Part shown: positions 50,290 through 62,263 of the stretch, one piece after another | How the letters are laid out: each line of letters begins with the position of its first letter | How positions within the stretch are numbered: position 1 is the first letter of the stretch | NCBI GenBank assembly: GCA_951406725.2 | Contig: OX597826.1 | Location: 81,034,001-81,098,000 of the forward strand | DNA length: 64,000 nt | Reading direction: 5' to 3' | Source: Octopus vulgaris | Lineage: Eukaryota | The notes under the pieces: model-generated | Told to the model about the DNA's origin: nothing | Database searches by the model: none | The model's input: the letters and a program-made list of their open reading frames with translations, nothing else | Position numbers and translations under genes: made by a program

Positions 50290-51213
50290 GCTTATCGCTG
50301 CTAGTTATACATTGCGTGCTTCTGTCATTTGCTGGACAGGTTCACTAAAACCTTGAGAGGAAAAAGAGACAGAAAGAGAGACAGAGAGAGAGAGAAAGAA
50401 GGTGAAGTGAAAATTAGTGGAGGGTTGGGAGGGGCACGAGTGGGTGGGTGTTCTTAAAGTACCATATCAATGCCAACACAATGTTTTATTGATTCTTAAG
50501 CTTTTCCTCTCCATAATGCCTGATGCCGAAAAATCAGGGCTGGAATTAGACTTTTTATCATTTTCTCTTTCCTTTCCTTTTTTTTCTTTTGTCTCTGTTC
50601 CTGTTTTCTTTCCTCTCTTTTCTTCTGTTGGACCAATTCCAGCCTGCATATTCCTTACTGTTATTGATTAGGTAAACTGCAGATAAGTGTGTGTGAGAAT
50701 ATATGGCTCTATGTGGATGTACTTTTGAATTTATTGCATGTAACTATTCTTAAGAACATCATAAGGTTGTGAATGTGTATATGCTCCATACACACACAGA
50801 AGTATGACTACTACCCCTGTGTGTCTATGTATGTATATATATATATATACACACACACATATGAAATTTATTATAGGTGGGGAAACTACATGAGTAGCTC
50901 AAGGGCCGAGGGTTTTATGTGAATGCACTTAGAACATTTTCATGGAACCCTCAATTCTCGAGTCCTTGATGTATATTCTTAGCGATAATAAAATAATATA
51001 AGCATGCTATTTTACGCATCAAGTTCTCGTTCTTCTGTTTATATAAACAATCTTTATACACACACATCCACACAAAACCTATCTCCATCATTTTGATTTA
51101 TTACTCTACATTTAGATATGAACAATAAATGTCTGGTTTTATAGCATGTATTCACACACACACACATTAGCACATATTCACTTACTTCTGCCTTTCTCTT
51201 GCTCTCTCTTTTT

Positions 51214-51254
51214 TTGTGTGTGTGTGTTTGTGTATGTATATGTGTGTGTGTGTG

Positions 51255-51339
<85 letters not shown>

Positions 51340-51534
51340 GTGTGTGTGTGTATATATATGTGTGTGTGTATATATATATGTGTGTGTGTATATATATATA
51401 TGTGTGTGTGTATATGTGTGTGTGTATATATATATATGTGTGTGTATATGTGTGTGTGTGTATATATATATATGTGTGTGTATATATATATATGTGTGTA
51501 TATATATGTGTGTGTATATATATATATGTGTGTG

Positions 51535-51607
<73 letters not shown>

Positions 51608-51800
51608 GTGTGTGTGTATATATATATGTGTGTGTGTATATATATATGTGTGTGTGTGTGTGTATATATATATGTATATATATATATGTGTGTATATATA
51701 TGTATATATATATATATGTGTGTGTGTATATATGTGTGTATATATATGTATATATATATATGTGTGTGTGTATATATGTGTGTATATATATGTATATATA
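51214..51800. repeat. ~590-bp alternating purine-pyrimidine (TG)n/(TA)n compound microsatellite
   Basis: Directly visible; source of five spurious 200+ aa ORFs. Confidence 0.98.
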
Positions 51801-51847
51801 GCTCTCTCTCTCTCTCGTTTGCTATCTTTATCTCCCCCCCTGCTACC

Positions 51848-52879
51848 CACATGCCAAAAGTAATGTGCTTTTTTCAATTGCATGAACTAAATGTAGTAAT
51901 TTTACCTTGTACTTATTCTTAGTGCAAGTTTTGAAGAGTGCAGTTCGATTTTAACAGTTATTTTTTCAAGGCTATAATGAAAGTGACAAAGGAGCGTATT
52001 TGGCATATTTTGCTTTATGAATTCAATAAAGGCAACAACGCAACGGAAACTGCGAGGAATATTTATGCAGTATATGGGGATCGGACAATAAGTGTAAGCC
52101 AGTGTCAGCGGTGGTTCCAGAAATAATTCCTAGCTGGAAACTACAGCCTAGAAGACAAGCCTCATCCTGGAAGATCTGAAGAGCTCAACGAAGAAATCCT
52201 GCAGACCGCAAAAATTGACTGACTGCTTTTCTTTGCTGCCATGTCTCACAAATGAACCTGTTTTGGACTGAATGGTGACTGGTGAAAAGAAATGGGTTAT
52301 CTATAAAAATGTCAAGTGCCGAAGACAGCGGCCTTCACCCATGTAAGATGTTGTCATCTCTTTGATGGGATATGAAAGGTTTAGTCCACTTTGAGCTTTT
52401 AAACCTCAACCAAATGATAACAAAGGAGATCTACTGTAAGCAGCTTAAGTCAGCGCTAGAAGGAAAATGACCATCTTTGGTTTCAAGAGTAAAAGGTGTT
52501 CTTCCATCAGGATAATGCTCGGCCACATACAGCGAGGATGACATTCCAAAGGCCAGAGCAGTTTGAATGGGGAAACGAAGCCCTACCCGCCATATTTGCC
52601 GGACATTGCCCCATCTGATTATCATTTATTCCACAGTCTTCATTAGGATGGGAAAAATATGAATTCTGTAGACGAGGTCAGAACAGTACTGGAGGAGTAT
52701 TTTTCACCACAGACAAGTGAATTTTAGAAGAGGGGCCTTGCAAGTCTAGCAGAGAGATGAAAGAGCATTGTAGAAAATGAAGGAGAGTATATTTTAGATT
52801 AGGAAAGAATTTTGTTTATCTTAATTGTGAAAAATAAAAGAAGTATAAAAAAAACCACATTATTTACGGGATGACGCAC
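51848..52879 (+). mobile_element. Near full-length decayed DD34D mariner (family 2)
   Basis: ATG 51977 MKVTKERIWHILLYEFNKGNNATETARNI...CQRWFQK; MVTGEKKWVIY; QDNARPHT-(34 aa)-PDIAPSDYHLF; stop at 52800-52802; degenerate left TIR CATGCCAAAAGTAATGTGCTTTTTT and right TIR CATTATTTACGGGATGACGCAC-TA; many frameshifts and deletions. Confidence 0.92.
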
Positions 52880-52950
52880 TACAATAACAGATAACATGTT
52901 TATGTGTGTCTAAGAAATATATTTATTACTTTTTACCTCAATATAATAAA

Positions 52951-53320
52951 CTAGCACTATGACCCAGCAATGCCGGGTCATGGTGCTAGTGCATGCATAT
53001 ACAGCTGCATGTGTGTGCACATGCACACGAGTACTGTCCAAATCTCAGACCAATCACATACGGCTAGCTGGCATTCAATTGGCGTATCAAGTTTCGGGCA
53101 TTTTGATTGGGTTTTGGATAGAAAATTCATAAAAAAGTCACTTCTATTGATTTTTTAATGGCTTTGCGGGGTGACTGGGGAAATGTAAAGATGTGCACGA
53201 CCACCCTTGGACGGTTTTGAATGACCATAGAAAGTGCGAGCCCTCTAACTGAAAAATTGTTGATTTGTATAAAGGACACGCACACAGACAGACAGGCATT
53301 TTGCTGTTTATATAGAGAGA
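52951..53320 (-). mobile_element. Non-autonomous Helitron
   Basis: Minus strand starts TC (TCTCTCTATATAAAC) and ends with a GC-rich hairpin GACCCGGCATTGCTGGGTC plus CTAG; inserted between A and T with no TSD. Confidence 0.85.
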
Positions 53321-53859
53321 TATCAGGCCATTTGGTAGCAAATATATTTCTGCATTCCCTCAGTCCGTTTGAACCCACAACCATTTACTCTGTGTAGATC
53401 AACATGTCCCTTATTCTATAGAAGTGTTATTGATGTTGTTGTTTACTCCCAAGCCATCCCTGAGTGAGCAGCAGAGTTATGATCAGAGACGTTCCAGTTG
53501 TGACCATCCTGTCTTTCTCTCAGCAAAGTGCACCTAGACTGCATTGTCCACGGTGTTCTTCTTTCCTAAGACAATGGAGGACGATTTGAGGAAGGTTTGG
53601 CTGTGTCGGTTCATGTTCCATAGAGTGATGTGTCTCTAACGATCTCTACATTTCACAGCTGTAGGTTAGAGTTAAGAGGGTTATCTCCCTTGTGTGCTAG
53701 TTCTCCAACCATGGCTCACACACACTTCCTATTACCTGTGCTCTCCCTTATTGTCTCCACCTTCTCCTCCTCTAAAATTGATATTCACCATTGACCAAGC
53801 CTCTGCTTAGGTTCACTGTCCACTGCATTCATCTCTATCTGCATTTCTACCCATCTTAA

Positions 53860-54945
53860 CCCTTTCGTTACCAAACCGCCCAAAGCCGCCCGAAAAAAAT
53901 TTTGGTTTATGAGACCAAACCGCCCAAAGCCGCCCGAATTTACCTATTCATATTTAAATGAGAATATCAGAGCAAATCTCTTCAGTACATTCGTGAAAAC
54001 ACGTATTATACTTCGTAAACAGTTCAACTACAGTTTTGTACAATAATCGAAGTGTAATTTTAATTCTGTGAATTTTGGGAGATTTTTTTCCGAAATTTGT
54101 TCCTATTGTGTTTTCAAAATTTGTAATTCTGACAAAAAATGGATACGAATTTCATTATATCAAGCAGCGAGTCAGAATTCGAAGGATTTTCTACTGAAGA
54201 CCTTCATAAATCTAACTCTATGACTGAAAAAAAAAAGCATGTGGTATTTGATAATGAATCTGATGTTTCATTTTCCGAAAGTGAAAACAGTGAATCTGAG
54301 ATCTCCGAGAGCGATAAAGAAAACGAATTGGCACCTGAATGGAGTGAAAATTTAAAAACTGTTTCTTTCGGTGATTTTTCTGAAGAAACTGGACCAAGCC
54401 ACAGACTTTCCCAGAAGGGTAAAGCCTTAGACTATTTCTATTTACTTTTTCGAATGAGCCTATTTGAAATCATTACGGCAGAAATGAACCGTTATGCTAA
54501 ACGTAAACAAAACGAAAGAAAGGATAGTTTGTGGTTTCCCACAACCTTAAATGAAATTAAGACTATTTTGCCATAAATATTATTATGGGTATCAGAAAGT
54601 TACCCAGAATAACAAATTCTATCGTAAAATTTTGTTGTATACCCAATTGAATATTAGCTAATAACCCATTTTCTATAGCGATGTTTGAACAAAATTTTAA
54701 TAATTTTATATTTTGTGGAATTTACCTGTATCTACCTGTGATTAGAGTCACTTTGTGACAAAAATTATAGTATAGAATTGGTTGAGAATATTTTATTAAA
54801 TTATCTTCCAAAAATCAGATTAATATATCGATAAATAAAAAAGTTATAGTTGTTTAATGAAACCAGACTAAATTTATGATTACGTTAGAAATTAATTGAA
54901 ACACATAAGGGGTGTAATTTGGTCAGAAATATAGTAACGAAAGGG
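53860..54945 (+). mobile_element. Internally deleted piggyBac transposon
   Basis: Perfect 12-bp TIR CCCTTTCGTTAC / GTAACGAAAGGG; flanks TTAA (53856-53859) and TTAT (54946-54949); 25-bp subterminal direct repeat at 53870-53894 and 53914-53938. Confidence 0.92.
54139..54620 (+). pseudogene. piggyBac transposase N-terminal fragment
   Basis: Acidic Ser-rich N-terminus, then ALDYFYLLF...AEMNRYA...WFPTTLNEIK, a frameshift, YFAINIIMGIRKLP; the catalytic DDD domain is deleted. Confidence 0.85.
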
Positions 54946-55118
54946 TTATACTTGCATTTCATACCCTCCTCATTCACCCTATCCAATCCTTGAGACCACA
55001 TCTCTTATATTCTCCTTCCTGCAACTTTAGAATATGCTCTGACACCTCTTCATCACCATCTTCTCTCTTTTTCCAAATGGTATATATATATATATATATA
55101 TGTATGTATATATATATA

Positions 55119-55402
55119 ATCAAAATAAGCAACAAGTATATCCGAGGTAATGTGGTACGATCGTTTCATGCTACTTCATTTTATTAAACACTGTAAGTAT
55201 TACATCATTACATCAGTTTTAAAATGTCGAGCAATCTTCAGCCACTTATAGAAATTTTCCAATCAAATGGACAATGTACATTCTTATCCCTATTTCGTTT
55301 GCCAACATAATAAAGAGGGTAGATATATAGACAGAGGGGTTGATTTCATTCTTAAGAACATGATAGTAGTAAATTTACTCTCTGACTGTAGATCTTTTCA
55401 CT
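55119..55402 (-). mobile_element. Penelope-like terminal-repeat fragment embedded in (TA)n
   Basis: ~285-bp unit bounded by TA microsatellites and containing a hammerhead motif. Confidence 0.55.
55148..55248 (-). ncRNA. Type I hammerhead ribozyme motif with long loop 2
   Basis: UAAGUGG-CUGAAGA-U-UGCU[57 nt]AGCA-U-GAAA-C-GAUC-GUA^CCAC(A)UUA: complete core, stem I GUGG/CCAC, perfect palindrome ACGAUCGU at stem III, cleavage between 55156 and 55155. Confidence 0.7.
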
Positions 55403-57479
55403 ATATGTATATATATATATATCCTCTACTGCAAACATCTGTACCTGTCTCCTCCTGCTCATCACCAGGCATAAAGCCACCTCCCTCAACTGATGAGTCA
55501 TGTCTTGTGTGTTACTTGGTTGCCTCAATAGTGCTGGTGCCACATAAAAAGCACCCTATCCACTCTGTGAAGTGGTTGGCATTAGGAAGGGTGTGCAGCC
55601 ATGGAAACCATGCTACAGCAGACATAGGGGCTTGGTACGATCCTTTTTCTCGTTGGCTCAAACCATCCAACCCGGCATGGAACATGGACGTTTAACAATG
55701 AGAATGATGATGAGGAGGAGGAGGGTATCTAATCAACCCTTTATTGGGACTTGATTGATCTTTTATTTCTTCCTTTTCTTTTGGTTTTCATGTTATTAAA
55801 TTTATCTATTAGTATCAAAAAACATCAAATTTGTTCCGTCAATTTGTGTGGTGCAGGTTGCACTTTCTGTCTTGGTTTTATACTAAACCAGAAATTCTCA
55901 ACCAGGAAATTTCTGGGCTCAACAAAGGTTTAAAGGGCAGGAGGTGGCAGAGGGCCTTGTCCATACGTTCTGTTAAAAATCTGATGAGATTGCAGTTTAA
56001 AATGTAAACTCCGTTATATGTAACTAATATCTTTAACGATATTATGGTTTTGAGTTCTAGACCAGCGATGTGTTGTGTTCTTGAGCAAGACACTTCACTT
56101 CATGTTCTCCCAGTCCACCCAGCTGCTAAAAGTGGGTAATCCTGCAACAGACCGGCATCGTGTTCAAGGAGGAGAATATACGCCAGAGAAACCAGGAAAC
56201 CAGCCCTATGCTCCTTACAGAGAAATGGGAACTAAACCCCACCACATGCACACGTGTGTGTGTCTGTAGGGGTATAACTGAAACTGTTGGGGCCTATCGA
56301 CTGTTGACTATGAAATAAGGGGAATCCCTTAGGAGAAGGTTTGATGAGACCCCTACAGGCTAGACAAATGTCCTAGTTTTATCTGCACTGAAATAAATCA
56401 CCTCTGGTCTTCTCAGTAATCCTGGCACTCTCCCACACGGCGCACTTTTTCTCTTTCTCCTTTGCTTATCCACTTTTTCTCCCTCTCTCCTTCATTATTC
56501 CACTCTTTCTCTTTCCTCGGTCTCTTTCTCTCGTCTTTCCACTTTCTCTACACCTTCCCCTATCTCTCTCCCCCTCTCCCCCCTCACCTTCCTCACCCTG
56601 CAAGTGTTCACCTTCATTTTCTACTTCTTTTCTTTCCCATTCGCCATTTTCTCTTCTTCTCTCTCTCTCTCTCTCATTACCACTGCCACCACCACCACCA
56701 CTTCTTCCTACACACCCTGCCAGAGTATTTTCAGCAGTTTAAACTTTGCCATCAGTTCATGAGCAAAAGTCTAAATTTATAAGAAGACAAAAGTCACTTC
56801 ACTTCAAATATCGAAGCATCTTATCTATTGATCTGTTTTTCTTTTCTTTCCATTTGAGGTTTTTTTAATCTCTTATCTCCTCCTCCTCCTTCTCCCCCAG
56901 TTGTAATCTCAACTCATAAAGAAATCAAATTAGGTTTTATTTTTACTAAACTAATTACTAGTAGGATATTAGGATAATCATGTTTTTGATTTATATATCC
57001 TTCCTCTCTGGGGCTGACTGATTTGATTACAGGCTGCTGGCAACATAGATTTTGGCAGCTTGTTGGTTCTACTTCAGAATCGTCTCATCTAAATTAAATA
57101 AGTGTTTGCAATATCCGGACCCATGCATTTGCTGTGCAACTGAACTTCTTTCAGAAATGTGCTCTTGTTATGGAAACAAAGGGCATATTGAAATGAGCCT
57201 ACCACAGAGCTTCTGTCTAGTTTGACCTACATGCTGTACGGAACGGCCAACTCTGCCTCCGTAAACTTAATTCCCACAGACATGCTGGTTGCTGAACCTG
57301 TTAGAAATTGGAGCCAAAACTCTCACACGTCACATCCCGGTTTCTTAAAAAAAGAACACAATGCATAATGTAGTCCTAGGTAGACTTTGCCTGAGAAAAA
57401 GATAGGCTGATCAAGACTGATGACGTGGGACTAAACAAGAAAAATTTCCTACAGTAAAAAAGCAAGAGGGCTTTCTTAA

Positions 57480-58083
57480 CCCCTTTTACTGCAGAAATCT
57501 CATCTATCCACTCAAGGTTTTGTTACCCTTAACTGCAGGAAGCAGTTTTATACACCATTCTTTTATTCTTTTCAGTCATTTTACTGTGGCCATGCTGGAG
57601 CACCGCCTTTAGTCGAACAAATCAACCCCAGGACTTATTCTTTGTAAGCCTAGTATTTATGCTATTGGGGTCTTTTGCCGAACTGATAAGTTACGGGGAT
57701 GTAAACTAACCAGCATCGGTATCAAGCGATGTTTGGGGGGAGGGGGGGAGAAAGACAGACACACACATATATGACGGGCTTCTTTCAGTTTCTTCTACCA
57801 AATCCACTCATAAGACTTTGGTCAGCCTGAGGCTGTAGTAGAAGACACTTGCCGACAGTGCCATGCAGTGGGACTGAACCTGGAACCACGTAGTTGGTAA
57901 GCAAGCTACTTATCACATGTTGAAGAAGTCATGTTTGAAACTATTTCCTGTTGAGATTTGTCAAGTTTACTGAGGCAGCATGACTTGCAGAAAATACCAA
58001 TCCTTTGTTTTTTTGGTGGGGGGGGGTGTAGATATTTAATGTTATTGAAATAGCCATGAAATTTAATTTTATAGCCAAAGGAC
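57480..58083 (+). mobile_element. TTAA-flanked MITE interrupted by SINE A (57557-57917, minus strand)
   Basis: TTAA at 57476-57479 and 58084-58087; starts CCCCTTTTACTGC; homologous to 39291-39554. Confidence 0.7.
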
Positions 58084-58107
58084 TTAACCCATTTAATCAA
58101 ATATATA

Positions 58108-58493
58108 TTTCTTTATTGCCCATGGGGCTAAACATAGAGGGGACAAACAAGGACAGACAAAGGGATTAAGTCAATTACATCGAGTCCAGTGCGTAACTGG
58201 TACTTAATTTATCGACCCTGAAAGGATGAAAGGCAAAGTCGACTGGCTCCTGTGCAGGTGGCACATAAAAAACACCATTTGACTGTGACCGTTACCAGTA
58301 TCGCCTGACTGGCCCTCGTGCTGGTGGCACGTAAAAGCACCCACTACACTGAGTGGTTGGTGTTAAGAAGGGCATCCAGCTGTAGAAACTCTGCCAGATC
58401 AACATTGGAGCCATCTGGATCGCCAGTCCTCAGTCAAATCGTCCGTCCCATGCTAGCATGGAAAGCGGACATTAAACGATGATCATGATAATG
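58108..58493. mobile_element. SINE B fragment (-) fused to SINE C (+)
   Basis: B core ends GGCAAAGTCGAC (58243) and is immediately followed by TGGCTCCTGTGC of family C. Confidence 0.8.
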
Positions 58494-58749
58494 AACTCCC
58501 TTCTGTGATTCTTCTCTATAGAACTAGAATTGTGTTTGCATTACCATAACATCAATATCCAGTTAACGAAGACTAAATTCTTGGATATTTCTTTCATTGC
58601 TATTGACTTAATGAGTTACACTAATTAAGCCTTTGCTAATTGGTCATGTTTCCAATCAATTTAAAATGTGCGACAGATCCAAGTCTGGCCTTCCTAGTTT
58701 CTCTTTGTTTAAAAGACCTTTCTATGTTCTTTACATCGTACTCAAATGT

Positions 58750-59230
58750 GCAGGCAGAGCTCTGTGGTTGAGAAGCTTGTTTCCCAATCTTGTGGTCATG
58801 TGTTCAATCCCACTGCATGGCACCTTGGGTGAGCATCTTCTGTTTTAGCCTGGGCTGACCAAAACCCTGAACATAAATCCCAGATAAAGCTCTAGTGTGT
58901 ACCTAATTTCTTGAACTAATCATCATCAAAAATAGGTCTGTATTTGTTCACTAAAATTACTAGAGATAGCAGCCAAATCTTCCTCAACTCACACCCTACA
59001 GTCTTAAAAAAAAAAAAAGAAGATTGGGTAGATGGAAACTGAAAGAATCCTGGCCTCCGTGTGTGTGTGTGTGTAACTTCTCATAACTTGGCAGTTTGGC
59101 AAAAGAAACTGATAGAATAAGTACTGAGTTTAAAAAGTAAGTCCTAGGGTCGAATTGTTTGACTAAAACCCCTTCAAGGCAGTACTCCAGCTTGGCCACA
59201 GTTCCATGACTGAAACAAGTTAAAGATAAA
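58750..59230 (+). mobile_element. SINE family A interrupted by a 156-bp locally templated insert
   Basis: SINE ...GACCAAAAC (58865) resumes as GATTGGGTAGATGGAAACTG (59022). Confidence 0.85.
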
Positions 59231-59986
59231 AATACATGTCTTATATATTTATATCTCACCCAGGGAACAAAAGCACCATTAGTTTTGGGTACCAAGTGGT
59301 CATGTCACAAGTCCACCTCATTTCTGGTGGCAAAAGTGACAAGTGAGTGTCTGTAATTCAGTACAGAACAAATATCACAAGGCACATAACGGAATACAAC
59401 GGAAAAGAAACCAAATCTCTCTCCTCACATCAGATTCTGTACTCTTGGGTGCACTGTGTAACTCGGAAAATGAGAGGATGATCATGACTAGAATGCTCTT
59501 GGTCCTTGGGTTAGGGTTAGGGCTACACAAACAACCCTTAACAAAGCAACGTTTTGCTTGCTTAAAAATGCATTTGGAAGTAAAGTGGATGTAACAAGAA
59601 AAAAATGTTTTTTTGATGATTCAGTATTTATGTAAGGGTTCATAGATGAATTACCTCCCCTTGTAACAAACTCCTTCACTGTTGGATAAGTAAATTTAAG
59701 AATACAAACTAGTTGTTGTTGATGTTTGCCTTCCAGTCTGGTGCTACGATCAAAGGTACTCCAACAGTGACCACCCCATCTTTATTTCAAACATAGTATA
59801 TCTTAGATTACTTTATTCAAAACATCTCTTTTTTCTTTTTTTTTTTAAGACTGTAGGGTGTGAGTTGAGGAAGATTTGGTTGCTATCTCTAGTAATTTTA
59901 GTGAGCCAATACAGACCCATTTTTGATGATGATTAGTTCAAGAAATTAGGTACACACTAGAGCTTTATCTGGGATTTATGTTCAGG
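58866..59986. repeat. Inverted duplication of ~155 bp (58866-59021 / 59833-59986)
   Basis: Arms are reverse complements with 4 substitutions and a length difference in the A/T run; ~810-bp spacer. Confidence 0.95.
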
Positions 59987-60561
59987 AGTGATCAGAAGGG
60001 ATAGCTTTATCTGTGAATGTTACTGTGAGGGTGGTGCCTCCAAGATGTCAGATGGGGAGGAAATTCTTCTGGGTTCCTCACAGGCATAAGATTTTCTGGG
60101 TAGGGAACACAGGGGTTGGGGCATGGGTATACTTCTTGCAGATCAAGATTGGAGCATGGTGCAGCCTCCTGGCTTACCAGTCCTCAGTCAAACCGTCCAA
60201 CCAATGCCAGCATGGAAAGCGGACGTTAAAGGAAGATTGTGATGATAATAATGTTGTAAAACTAAAGAACAATGTATTCTTTGATGCCAAATTGTCCTGA
60301 TTGAGCTGACCTGTGATCAAGGCATTTCAGCCATGACCATCTCGTCTTCAGTTTTTAATGCACCCCTGACCATGACATCTAATAGTTTTTCTCCCTCTTT
60401 AATATAGTAAATTTTGACTTGAGGGAGATTTAGCTACTATTTCTAGCACCTTGTCTATCCATGTAGAATCTCTTTAGTTGGCTAGAAAATACCTGGATGT
60501 ATTTGAAGAACTATGAATGATTAAGATTTGATTGGAAAAAACAGTAATCTGTTTTCATTAA

Positions 60562-60755
60562 CTCTTTTCTTATCACTTCCTATATTTTAATTAATTTTGA
60601 AAATAATGAATTTCATAATATAACTTTGTTATTATTTACCTGGTGTTTTGGAACATGAATTAACATGCAAGTTTTAATGGAAGAATTATAATTTAGATCA
60701 CTTTAAAATGAGAAGAGAATGCGGAACCGTCTCCGGTGGATTGGTATTGAAAAGG
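60562..60755 (-). mobile_element. Degenerate piggyBac-derived MITE related to 53860-54945
   Basis: TTAA at 60558-60561; minus-strand start (TCAA)CCTTTTCAATACCAATCCACC resembles (TTAA)CCCTTTCGTTACCAAACCGCC. Confidence 0.5.
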
Positions 60756-61524
60756 TTGATTGAACATCTCAATTGATAGGAGAGCTTAAATATAATAGAA
60801 CCAACGAAGGAATTGAGTTGCTGCTTTGTATTGTTCAATACCTACCTAGCAACACTTCATTCCTGCCACTGATTAAACAGAAACATGAACACTCAACGAC
60901 TTTATAATCTCTGTCTACTTTCTAGTGTATTACCATTATGATTGACTGGTCTCGTAACAGCCGGCCTCCAGAGCAGTGTAATGTTTTAATTGAATGAATG
61001 AATGAAGAAGTAAATAAATCATGAAAAGGCTTTCACTGATCAATATAAACTTGTCTTACGTACGGTTCAGGCATTGTTCTTTGAGGAAATATTTCAGCGT
61101 CTCTGTCAGATTAGAGATAAATTTAATGTAATAATACTTTGCAATATTGTAAGAGAATCAAAAACTGCAATTGTTTTTGATTTGATGTATAACGTCTATA
61201 AGAACCTGTAGCAACTTCTTTTCTCATCTGATGTGTATCTTTATTTCTTTAGCCCCAACACCCTCAGCCATACATTCTGCTGCTTCTACACAGCAACAGC
61301 AGCAGCAGCTGAGTTTTTTTTTTTGATGTATTCCAACAGATGTCTTTGCTCATTCAGGTGAAATTATCTCTCAGATAATAGTGTCTTAAAACGTATAAAA
61401 AGTGGTGGTGGTCATGGTGGTGGGATAATTAAGAATGAAAGAAATAAAAGATTAATTGTTGAGAAAATAACAACAGCCCTAAAATATTTTGTGTTGCAGG
61501 AATTAGATGTGATAATCTTTTGTC

Positions 61525-61890
61525 ATTCACCTGTTTCAGTCATTGGACTGCGGCCATGCTGGGGCACCAACATAAGAGGTTTTTAGTCAAACAAATCAAC
61601 CACAATACTTATTTTTAAGACAGGATACTTAATTTTATCACTCACTTTTGCTGAACCACCAAGTTATTGTGACATAAACAAACCAACACCTGATGTGAAG
61701 CAGTGGTGGGAAACAAGCACACACACACACGTTGGGCTTCTTTCTGTTTCCATCTTCCAAATTCACTCACAAGGAGTTGGTTGGCCTGAGGTTATAATAG
61801 AAGACTCTTGCCCAAAGTGCTGTGCGGTGGAACTGAACCCAAAACCACATGGTTGGGAAGCAAGCTTCTTCACCACACAACCATACCTGG
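61525..61890 (-). mobile_element. SINE family A (degenerate)
   Basis: TGTTTCAGTCATTGGACTGCGGCCATGCTGGGGC...ACATGGTTGGGAAGCAAGC. Confidence 0.82.
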
Positions 61891-62263
61891 TATTGAAGTG
61901 CAATAAATGGAATTTCAAAATGTAGGAACAAAATTTTGTAAGGAGAACAATAATGACTCGAAAGCAAAAGCAGATGTACCCACCACCACCACCACCACCA
62001 CCACACACACGCATTTGATTAGGGGGGTGGGGAGGGAACGGTTGATTATATCGAGTCCAGTATATAACTGGTATTTATTGTATTGAGTCCAATGAGGCTG
62101 TGGAACCCGAAGTTGACTCCAGCTGGAAATGAATTCAGAATGTAAATGCCACAAGACATTTTGTCTGTTGCTCCACCGATTTTGCCTGTCCACTGACTAA
62201 CCTTACCACGAGAACAATAATAATAAATTCTTTTATGAATAATAATGATAACAACAACAATGC

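Noticed and set aside
51146-51922. Long ORFs (200-258 aa), and similarly 5316-5879, 21470-21898, 35788-36114, 42703-43196
   Set aside because: Translations of microsatellites (CV/YI/HT/SL/ER repeats); no coding signal.
59006-59021. Poly(A) tail suggesting the 156-bp insert is a retrocopy
   Set aside because: The A-run, including its interrupting G, is templated by the T-run in the source (59833-59846), and there is no TSD.
59505-59523. Telomere-like GGGTTAGGGTTAGGG
   Set aside because: Only about 2.5 units; expected by chance.
61340-61363. Possible 18-nt micro-exon (CAACAG|ATGTCTTTGCTCATTCAG|GTGAAA)
   Set aside because: Weak donor and no neighbouring exons; not distinguishable from chance.
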